NCBI GenBank assembly: GCA_016748015.1
Contig: JAAOMT010000295.1
Coordinates: 1,240,001 to 1,304,000, forward strand
DNA length: 64,000 bases
Source: Geosiphon pyriformis uo1
Lineage: Eukaryota; Fungi; Glomeromycota
Reading direction: 5' to 3'
Translations under genes and position numbers: made by a program
Shown here: piece by piece, positions 1 through 9,954 of the stretch
Layout of the letters: every line of letters starts with the position of its first letter
Position numbering within the stretch: position 1 is the first letter of the stretch
The notes under the pieces: model-generated
Database searches by the model: none
What the model was told of the DNA's origin: nothing
What the model saw: only the letters and a program-made list of their open reading frames with translations

Positions 1-687
1 GGAATTGCAGGATTCCAGGAATTTCAGAATTCCCATTATGAAGAATCGAGGAATTGGGGAATCTCAAATATGTATATATAGCAGTAGTAGTAGAAACAGA
101 AAAGACAGAATCGATAGCACAGAATTCTTAGCCTAGAAACAAAATCATCAAATAAATAATTATTTTATATCTCAATCTACTTTCCATTATTAACACTTCA
201 TGCTGATAGTAATTGACACTTAACCATGTTAGAACAATAGCTCTTGATCATGGCTATTGACAAGATACTAACGTACCAAATTGCCTTGGCTTATTTTCTC
301 TATTTTCTTTATTTTATTTTCTTTATTTTTGATTTTTGTTGTTGTATACTAATTGATTAAAAGATTAAGCACTGAGTTATTGATGTCAAGGATAATCTGG
401 TAAAAGACCCAGAAATAAGGGTAAGATTTTATATATTATTGGATAGCTTACCAAAAGGACATGACTGCCAGACTAAATCCAGCCATCACACTGAAAAAAA
501 AATTGGGAAAACTCTTGGAAAGATACACCTACTATTGATACTATTGAATCTTTGTCCATTATACAAAGGACTTCATCAAAACCTTCAAATAAAACACTTG
601 CAGAACCTCATTCACAAAAGTAGCTTTTGAACACCAAGTTACAGATTTGTTATTTACTTCAAACAGCAGAAATAATCATCTATAATA
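1..687 (+). repeat. 5' LTR of element A (first ~171 nt outside window)
   Basis: Aligns to 9255-9954; ends TATAATA (decayed TGTAACA) just before TTTGGTGCT. Confidence 0.95.
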
Positions 688-689
688 TT

Positions 690-706
690 TGGTGCTCCCT
701 GTAAGG
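690..706 (+). promoter_or_regulatory. Primer-binding site TGGTGCTCCCTGTAAGG (tRNA ending ...AGCACCA; elongator Met/Ile/Thr-like, identity unresolved)
   Basis: TGG 2 nt after LTR end; same motif next to the 5' LTRs of B and D. Confidence 0.8.
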
Positions 707-3700
707 TATAATCTTACAGAGAATCAGCACCAAAAAACACCATCCAAAAGTGGCAGAATCAAAAAATATAAAAGCAAACCATTTAGGATTTGCAAAATCC
801 TTATTTCAATACTATTGTCAATACTTGGGATTAAACCACAATCATATATCTGCCAAATCAGTCTTCAACTTCTACATCAACGAAAAGATTTCTTTTTTAT
901 TAGAAACACCAGTGAATACTGAATCAGCAAGGGAAACTTTCTATAAGGAGTTAATTCAAAACACCAATCTGCCAACAAATCATAATTTCGCATCCATCAT
1001 TACTGAGATCAACAAAGAAATTGAACACCACACTCAACAAAGATATCCAATTACATACGCTAGTAAAAGCAAGAAAAAACTACAAACACCAGCAGTAATA
1101 CCCAGAAAAATACAGCCACCTACTTGGAAGAAAAACAGAATTGAATCCCCAAGCAACTTATCCTACCACTATATACCTGGAAGTGCTATCAACATATCAT
1201 TAACAGATGCATTCCCATCAATTGCGACATCAGCATTTGGACGATTCTCATTCCAAAGTAGACAAAGGAAAACAGAATTATTAGGACCATATGGCAAATA
1301 CTTTGAGGGATTTAATTCATGATTATCAACCCCATCAGGACTTCGATTACTACTGCCTCCACCTGATTTCGGAATTTCTGATCTGTGGGAAGCAGCAGAA
1401 TCAGAAAAAGAGGAAGAAGAATTAGAGGATCAAGAATTCACTTACCAGCACCCGATCACTGAAAACCTGGAAGTTGAAACCCCGAATTTTCAAACTCAGT
1501 AAAATCTAAATCTAGAAAATTCGGAAATCGAAACTCTGAATTATCAAAGGCAGAACAATCCAAACCCCGAATTAATTAATCAGCAAAACTTACCTCTGGT
1601 TATTGTCATCAATCAATCACCAATTAATCCTATAGCTGAGCCTATACAACAGCCACTTCAACTACCACCCCAACAACCAGTACAATAACAACTGCTTCAA
1701 CAGCCACTACAACCACCTAACTTAGATCTAATAACCTATACAGCAATTGCAAAACTTAACAACTTTACTGGCAAAGAGGATAACATTCAAGTATGGCTTA
1801 ATGATGTAGAAAAAACCATTGCAGCCAATGGATAGAATGACGCTTGAGCAATGCAAGCCATTTCCTATTTTCTCAAGGATACCGCCAATTCATGGTATCA
1901 AAGCTTGGTTAATAAATCACAAGATTTTAATGTCTTCAAAGCAGAATTCTTAAGATACTTCAGCAACAATAACAGCATCAATCACTTAGTCAATACATTC
2001 ACCATCATAAAACAAGGAGAAATTGAAGTGGTCACTACTTATCTGGAATGCTTCCATTGAAACTTGTGCCAAATTCAAGCAATTGACACCAACTATTTCA
2101 CAGCCTCACAGATACTCAACCAGTTTATCTATGGCCTGTGCAGCAGCATCTTGCAACATGTACATCCGTTACATCCAGACACTCTTCAAGACACAGTTAC
2201 ATGCACTAGAGATTTTGAATCCACTGAGTTAAAGGCTAATCACACCCAAGCCATTAATCTAATAATGAATGGATCATCTGAATTGGATTCCAAATTGGAG
2301 AAGTTCAGTAAATCAATTAATAAGAGATTAGAAAGATACTTAGCTGACAATCATGCCATTTATCAGTCTCCACAATGATGCAATAATCAAGGAAACTCTA
2401 ATCATGCCCAAAATCAACCACGTCTATCTTCATCGACTAATCAACAGTAACAACAGGAAATGCGTATTTGCCACTATTGTGGTAAACAAGAACATATCCA
2501 AATTGACTGTCACCAACGTTTAAATAACCAACAATCGGGAAATCAATATCAAAACCCTGATTACTGGTTCCAAACTCCAAATCAATACCCAAATCAAAAC
2601 CAACCTGCTTACCTACCAGTGATGCAGTCATCAGTCTATCAATCTCCAATGTATCAAGCCCCAATTTATCAGCCACAGCCACAGGTAATGTATCAACCAC
2701 AATCGCTAACAATCTATCAATTCCAAATGATTCAGACTCCACCACAAAACTTACCAGCCAGTGGAGTTCAAAGGCCGAGAATCATGCAGCAAAACTGGAG
2801 ATTGTCAATGGTAGTTCATTAGCCGATTCCCAGCTCTTTTAGTCAAACAGGATTTTGTTAATGGAATTCGGACACTGGGAATCCCCAAAACCCAAATTCT
2901 CAGAACTATTTAAGTCTCCTGGTTACCCCAGAAGACGGCTCACTCAGCAATCAGGAACCCACTCAAAAACAACAAACATGTACCAGCAATATTCTACTAG
3001 CAACAGTAATCAACGACGAATTACTGGACACCATTTTTCCATTTGAACTCGAAAAACTGTTAACTATGCTATTATTTAGTGGAGCTGTACTGAAAAAAAA
3101 GCCAATTACTGCCATGTATACTAATGCAAAAATTGATGGCCATTACATCAAACTAATTCTTGACAGTGGTTCAACAGGCAGTATCATCACATAACAACTC
3201 ATGGATCAATTAGGTTGCCAAGTTGATCAAGCTGCTAGTGCCAGAATCATCACAGTTAATAGAATGACCAAGACTCCAATTGGTGAAATTGATGACTTAC
3301 CAATCAAAATTAACAGCATCATAGTACCAATCAAAGTACTCATTATGGAAGCCACCCAATACCAAGCTCTAGTTGGTAATGACTGGCTGTTCAAGACAAA
3401 CGCCACTCTGGACTGGAATACACAAGAGCTCCAACTCAGCCAGAACAGGTAACACACATGAGTACCAGCCACGTATGGTCACTTCAAGACTACCAACACC
3501 ATGGTGTCACTAATCGACTTCGAAGAAGAAAAACAAAAACCTACCTAGGAAGCCTACCAAGTGTTGTGGGCTGACGAAGAACACAATAAACTGCCGCCAA
3601 TACTCTCTTGAAATGACAATGGGAAAGAGAAGCAAACAAACAAACTTACCTGGAAAACTGACGATCTGACTTGGACCGACAACAAACAGGAAGAACCATC

Positions 3701-6700
3701 GAGTTGGGAGTGGAAAGAAGAAAAGAGAAAAAGGAAAGAGAAGGAGGAAGAAAACACTCAAGTCAACAATACTTATATCTCATACACCTACAGTCAACAA
3801 CAATCATCAACCTATCACCGACCCAAACTGATATGTGTTGATTGTGGCAAGAAATTGTCATCAATAGGTGTATGCTGTGGCAATGATGAAGAATATCAGA
3901 CAGCAACCAAGTTCTATTGTTGCGCATGCTGTGTTAAACATTTTGAAAGACCAAAACGAGTAAGAAAATAGAATAATACACCATGTATAGCCTGTGGAGA
4001 AATTCTCCTCAATGAAAGAATGTGGAATTACATTCCGGGGAGAGGAGGAACGTGTGATGTGTTCTGCCAATACACAATTATTATCAGTAACTAGGTCGAG
4101 AAAGGAACATCCATAGACGCTGCCTGGAAAAGAGCTGTATAGCAATTGGACAGTTGTCCACACAATGACAATGAATTATGGCAGATGGCAATTGCCAAAA
4201 TTGAAGGCGCATCACCAGAAGAAATCAGGACAATTAAAAACAACCCACCAGAACCCATCAAACTTGACTGGGACACTGAGCCAGTCATAAATTTTCTGGA
4301 ACCAAAAGAGTTTCATAAACACTACCAAAACTTGGCACCCACTAGAGAAGAGCAAAAACAACAGCTAACACAGTTAAATACAAGACTGTGTTGTCATTGT
4401 TTAATTTTTAGTGACTTTGAATATTGTGACGATTGTGACCTTATTTACAATCCACCACCACACATGATCTACACAATCTCCGAAGAAAAAGAACCAATTA
4501 GCAGCTGTACATCAGAATCAGAATCGCTGATCAATCATGATCCAGACTCCGATGATGACAACAAAAACACTGGTTTCAGCTCTGTTCAAAATGGCAATGA
4601 CAACAAAGACAATTCAAAGTCAGATTCAAACTCCGATTTAAACTATAAACAATACATTGCACTACCAGATCTCTCCAAGGAACAAAAGTTGAAATAGTAT
4701 AGTAACAATGGAAAAGGTATTATGCCAGAACGTGCACACAATACTGATTCAGGATTTGATCTAAGATATTCAGGAACAGAAGCCATCAAATTGGAACCAC
4801 ATTTATGCACCTGCATTAATCTAAAAGTAGCACTAGAAATTTCAGCCACAACAATAGTTCAATTAGCATCTAGGAGTAGTTTAATGAAAAGAGGGATTAA
4901 TATAAGAGGGGAAATAATTGACACAGGATATGTAAGAAATATCATCGCTATGCTACAAAATGACTCAGAAAAAGCCTATGTAATAGAGCCCAACAAAAAG
5001 ATAGCACAGGCAATATTCCTGCTTCTGGTTTAAATAGCTCAGTTAGTGTCAGTGGGAAAGAGAGAGAAATTAGGAATAACAGCAAAAAGAATACAGGGAT
5101 TCAGATCAATGGTTAGAATAGATGTACCAGTTAATATGGCAGAGGAAAAAATTGTTGGCCAAGGAGAAATTATCTCAACCGATCAAGCTATTTCCATTCT
5201 ACCATATAACCAGTACATGCTAGCAATAGAAAAGAAGAAAAAAGACCAAGCACAAATTTTTGAAGCAGAAGCCAATCTTTGTGAATTAGGAGAAGTTGGA
5301 CTCATCAATCTTTACATACCAGCCTAAAATTACAGCCACATCAAAATTTCTATCTACAACAATACAAGAAATGTCAGAAAAATACCAGCCAAAACTATTA
5401 TTGGATACTTAAACACTGAAATGGAAGATCAACCACCAAACCCCATTCCAGACTTTCCACAACTTTGTGGATATGTCAATATCACATTACAAACAATATA
5501 TGGATAAAGTAAATGTTATTTGCTCCAACCAGAACAATTGGAACAAATGAATATGGGAAACTTAGATCCATTCCAACATATGCAACTCAAGATGTTGCTC
5601 AACCAGTTCAATAACATCTTTGCCAGCAAAAATAAGTTTGGCCGAACTGACATCATCCAGCACCAGATTAAGACTGGAGATGCAATGCCAATTAAACAAA
5701 GAGCATACAGAGTGCCACCAGTTAGCCATAAGATTATTCATCAAGAAATAAACCGAATGCTTGACAATGGTCTAATTCAGCCATCAATGAGTCCATAGTT
5801 ATTATCAGTGGTATTCATCCATAAGAAGAATGGAAAGATCCAATTTTGTGTGGACTACAGAAAACTCAATGGTATAACTCGTGGAGACAGCTATTCAACT
5901 TCATGGATACAGGAATTATTCGATGCTTTTGGCAGAAACAAATAGTTCTTAACATTAGACTTAGATAGTGGTTACTGGCAAGTAGTCATGGATCCAGCTG
6001 ACAAAGAGAAGATGGCATTTATTATAAAAGAAGGGAATTTTGAATTTGAAGTAATGCCATTCAGTTTAACCAATGCACCAGCCACTTTCCAATGGCTAAT
6101 GGAAATTGTCTATACTTGCTTATTGTGGAAATCAGTAGTTGTATACTTGGATGACACCAACGTATTCTCAAAAACATTTGATGATCATCTTCATCATCTT
6201 CAACAAGTGTTCAAAAGACTAAGAAGAGCAGAGCTAAAGTTAAATGCAACAAAGTGTTTCTTTGGCAAGACAGAGCTAAAATTTTTGGGACATATAATCA
6301 GTAAAGACAGCATCAAAACAGATCCAGAGAAAATAGAGATAGTAAAAAACTTTCCAGTACCAACCAATATAACTAAATTGAAATCATTCTTGGAATTCGC
6401 GAGCTATTAATGACAATTTATAAAGAACTTTTCAAAGATAGCTCAACTGCTCAATAATCTGCAAACCAAGAATACCAAATATGAATAAGCAGAAAGTCAA
6501 CAAGAAGCTTTTGACATTTTGAAAAGAAAGCTCATTCAAGCTCCAGTACTGATTTATCCAGATCACAGCAAACCATTCATCATTACCACTGATGCATCTG
6601 GCCAAGCATTGGGAACAGTATTATCTTAAAGAAGACCAGACAGCAGAAAACATCCAGTAGCATATGTCAGCAGAGGTTTAACGCCAGCCAAAAAGAACTA

Positions 6701-6947
6701 TGAAATACTGGAACAAGAACACTTAGCAATATACTGGGCAGTCATGAAATAGAGAGAATACTTGAGCCAGAAGTTTGAAGTATACACAGATCACAAGGGA
6801 TTAACATCACTCCAAAAACAAGAATTTGAAGATAGAAGACAGTTAAGATGGAAAATAGCACTTGTATCATACAATTATACTATACATTACAAAAAAGAAA
6901 AAGACAATGGAAATACTGATAGTTTGTCATGAATAAGACAAATTTAA
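705..6947 (+). pseudogene. ORF1 of A: N-terminal extension-Gag(CA, CCHC)-protease-Cys-rich module-dUTPase-RT-RNase H, single frame with premature stops
   Basis: Track ORFs at 750, 1851, 2064, 2460, 3201, 4146, 4722, 5046, 5520 and 5988 share one frame. CHYCGKQEHIQIDC (~2469); LILDSGS (~3153); YLDD (6144-6155); TTDASG and YTDH RNase H motifs; ends LS*IRQI-TAA. Confidence 0.92.
4722..5115 (+). pseudogene. dut: Trimeric dUTPase domain within ORF1 of A
   Basis: All five motifs, decayed: SGFDL, SRSSL, EIIDTGY, KIAQ, KRIQGFRS; copy D reads GGIIDAGY and GIQRFGSTS. Confidence 0.9.
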
Positions 6948-7009
6948 GAACATTTTAACACAAAAATATAACAAAACCAGAACAATACCAACGAAAAATG
7001 TAACAAAAA

Positions 7010-8386
7010 ATAAACATACAAAAATATCAACAATTGCAACATTATATAAACACTCAACAGTTCAAGGAGAATTTATTTCAAATGGAACAAAAAAAAATCA
7101 AACAACAATCAAAATATTTTATCACTCACCAAAATATACTTTATCAGAAAAATAGAAAAAATTCAGATCAACCAACCAGAGTAGTTACAGAATCAGAAAA
7201 AGAGACAATATTATTCAACATGCACTCAAATCCAACAGCAGAACATTTTCACAAAGAAGCAATCATGGAAAGAACCAGAAAAAGATATTATTGGCCATCA
7301 ATGTATTCAGACATCATCCAATATGTTTAAAATTGTGATGCTTGTCAGCGAAGAGGAGATACAAAACCCAGTGAACTGTTAAGACCAATCAAAGTAGAAC
7401 AACCATTTGACTGTGTTGGAATTGATCTAGTCGAACCATTAACAATCACTAGCGGAGGAAACAGGTACATAGCAGTAGCCATGGACTATCTCACTAAATG
7501 GCCAGAAGTGAAAGCAATTCAAAGAGCAGATGCAGAATCCATTGCCAAATTCGTTCATCAGGATTTTATCTGTTGACATGGATGTCTAAAAGAATTATTA
7601 TCAGACCAAGGAACTCATTTTGTGAACAAAACATTAACAGAATTGAGCCAAAGATTCGAAATTAAGAGACCACTATTATTACCATACTATCCACAAACCA
7701 ATGGATTAGTTAAAAAATTCAACAGAACATTGTGTAAAGCAATAGCTAAACTCAGCCAAGAAAACCAGAATGATTGGGATTTGTTAATACCATCAGTACT
7801 ATTTGCTTATTAGACAATGAAGCAAGATACTATACAAGCTATACTATTTGAATATGGTAGAACAGCAACACTAACAGTGGAAATAGAAGTCAGCACATAC
7901 CCAACCAAACCAATAACAGAAGAGAATTTCAAAAATACATTGTTGAGAAGAACATATGCCTTAATGAAAACATTAGAAAACAAATGATGAAGAGCAGCTG
8001 ATAATATACAAAAGTCACAAGAGAAACAAAAAGAAAGACATGATAACCAACTACCAGACAAACCAGTTGAATTCAAGATTGGAGACAAAGTACTCTTACA
8101 TTGTACCAAAGTGGAAAAACAATGGAGTGGAAAATTTGATCCCAAATGAGATGGACCATTTCACATAGAAAAAATTCTAGGAAATGAGGCTTATAAATTA
8201 AGACTGGATAACAAAATTTTAACCAAAGCAGCACATGGAGATCAACTAAAACCATATCACAACATCACACTACCATTTACCAGTAATATTCCACAATTAG
8301 GAGTACAGAGAATACTAGTTCAACCAGATGAGATTTCACGAGATCTGGAACCAATCGTTATTATCAACAACAACATGTTAAATTGA
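7010..8386 (+). pseudogene. Integrase ORF of A (HHCC, DDE, GPF; no chromodomain), separate from ORF1
   Basis: MHSNPTAEHF...CDACQ; VGIDLV; SDQGTHF; YYPQTNGLVKKFN; DGPFHI. Frame differs from ORF1 and follows the TAA at 6945-6947. Confidence 0.9.
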
Positions 8387-8440
8387 TTCAGCAAAAGAAT
8401 ATATAAAGACACGGTAAATGTGACAGAAAATATCAGAAAA

Positions 8441-9070
8441 ATGGAAATTACAGACAACATTCACTCACTAATACAACAACTCTTTCAGTTAATCCAACAC
8501 TAGGAAATAGAGATTACAATCAATCAACAAACCATTTGATATCAAAATACTAAAAAGACATTACAACCCAGAACACAGAAGAAAACTGAAAATATGGTAA
8601 ACAAAATCATTGCGAAAGTAAATTTAGCAATAAGAGAGTTGACAAAAGAGACACTATATCAAGAGTTGACTAAAGAAACTTAAAATTGGTGGATACAACA
8701 ATTTCCAAAAAACTATTGTTATTTTTACTTGGGACAACACATAAATATCTAAAATCTATATACAGATAAAACAAAGCGATTATTTGACAAAAAAATACTA
8801 CAACAATTAGAACATTTTGTTGGAAAGAACAACTTATCCACACAGGCCCGAGCCATCTACAAAATACACACAGCATTTCAGGATTGACCAGAAATCCTAC
8901 TCAACAAAGCAATGGATATGGTTACCAGTAATCAATTGGGAAAAATCACCAATGCTCAATTTAAAGAATTATGGACTCAAATAACACAAGTAATTCTCAA
9001 AAATAAAATCCAGGAAATACTTCAAGAGGAGGAATTGAACAAGTTGGATTTCGATAGAGCTCAATATTAA
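8441..9070 (+). pseudogene. ORF3 of A, ~210 codons, unknown function
   Basis: ATG 8441 MEITDNIHSLIQQLFQL...YFYLGQH...TQARAIYKIH...DFDRAQY-TAA; internal stops revertible by C/G restoration; homologous to D 24267-24905. Confidence 0.8.
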
Positions 9071-9080
9071 AAGGAGGGAA
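9069..9080 (+). promoter_or_regulatory. Polypurine tract of A
   Basis: AAAAGGAGGGAA, then TAA, then LTR start TGTTAC. Confidence 0.85.
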
Positions 9081-9083
9081 TAA

Positions 9084-9954
9084 TGTTACTCATAGAAATA
9101 TAGGAAATATATTAGTATGATTATTAGCCAATCAGAAGTAGGCGTAGTAAATATGGAATTCCAGGATTCTTCTCAAGAATTGCAGGATTTCAGAAATTTA
9201 AGGATTCTCCAATGAGGAATTGCAGGATTCCAGAATTCCAGGATTTCTCTCAAAGGAATTGCAGGATTCCAGGAATTCCAGGATTCCCGTCATAAAAAAT
9301 TGAGAAATTGGGGAATCTCAAATATATATATATAGCAGTAGTGTTAGAAATGGAAAAAACAGAATTAATACCACAGAATCTTTAGTCTAGAAACAAAATC
9401 ATCAAATAAATAATTCTTTCATATCTCAATTCACTCTCCACTATCAACACTTCATGTTGATAGTAAATGATACTTAACTACGCTGGAACAATAGTTCTTG
9501 ATCACAGCTATTGACAAGATACTAATGTACCAAATTGTCTTAGCTTATTTTCTCTATTTTCTTTATTTATTTCCTTTATTTTATTTTCTTTCTTTTTTTG
9601 ATTTTGTTGTTATATACTAATTGATTAAAAGATTAAGCACTGAGTTATTGACGTCAAGGATAGCCTGGTAAAAGACCCAGAAATAAGAGTAGGATTTTAT
9701 ATATTATCGGATAGCTTACCAGAAGGGCACGACTGCCAGACTAAATCCAGCCACCACACTGAGAAAAAAATTGGGAAAACTCTTAGAAAGATATATCTAC
9801 TATTGACACTATTGAATCTCTGTCCATTATACAAAGAACTCCATCAAAATCTTCAAATACAACACTTGCAAAACCTCATCCATGAAAGTAGCTTTTGAGC
9901 ACCAAGTTATGGGTTTGTTATTTAATTCAACAGCAGAAATAATTACCTGTAATA
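9084..9954 (+). repeat. 3' LTR of A (871 bp): CCAAT (~9128), 9-nt GGATTCCAG/GAATTGCAG arrays (~9155-9290), TATA (~9323)
   Basis: TGTTAC...TGTAATA termini; aligns with 1-687. Confidence 0.95.

Larger units (their letters stand above)
1..9954 (+). mobile_element. Ty3/Gypsy LTR retrotransposon A (dUTPase-bearing, no chromodomain), degenerate; left end cut by window edge
   Basis: Direct LTRs 1-687 and 9084-9954; PBS 690-706; PPT 9069-9080; domain order Gag-PR-dUTPase-RT-RH-IN; many premature stops. Confidence 0.96.

Noticed and set aside
200-352. Possible ~50-aa LTR micropeptide with a hydrophobic C-terminus
   Set aside because: An early TAA is shared by all LTR copies, D is frameshifted, and the hydrophobicity comes from a variable T-rich tract.
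439-630. ORF inside the LTR (MDSLPKG...; also 23470-23694 in D)
   Set aside because: Frame and sequence are not preserved between A, B and D because of indels, and the frame does not connect to ORF1.
2820-2900. Gag-pol frameshift site
   Set aside because: Gag and protease are in the same frame in A and D; the TAG at 2820 is CAA in D.
2437-4849. Antisense ORFs over A, and similar ones over C, D and L-b (e.g. 38145-38675)
   Set aside because: These are shadows of the TE coding strand; they have no motifs and are not conserved between copies.
705-6947. Frequent in-frame stops as an alternative genetic code or programmed readthrough
   Set aside because: All three stop types occur, mostly at different positions in A and D, and they revert to TGG/CAA/CAG/CGA by transitions. 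Only the stop after RNase H is shared by both families.
8441-9070. ORF3 as an envelope gene
   Set aside because: It is too short and has no signal peptide, furin site or transmembrane segment.
9155-9290. GGAATTCCAGGATTCC arrays as CRISPR repeats or heat-shock elements
   Set aside because: There are no unique spacers, and the GAA/TTC spacing does not fit nGAAnnTTCn; these are ordinary U3 tandem repeats.
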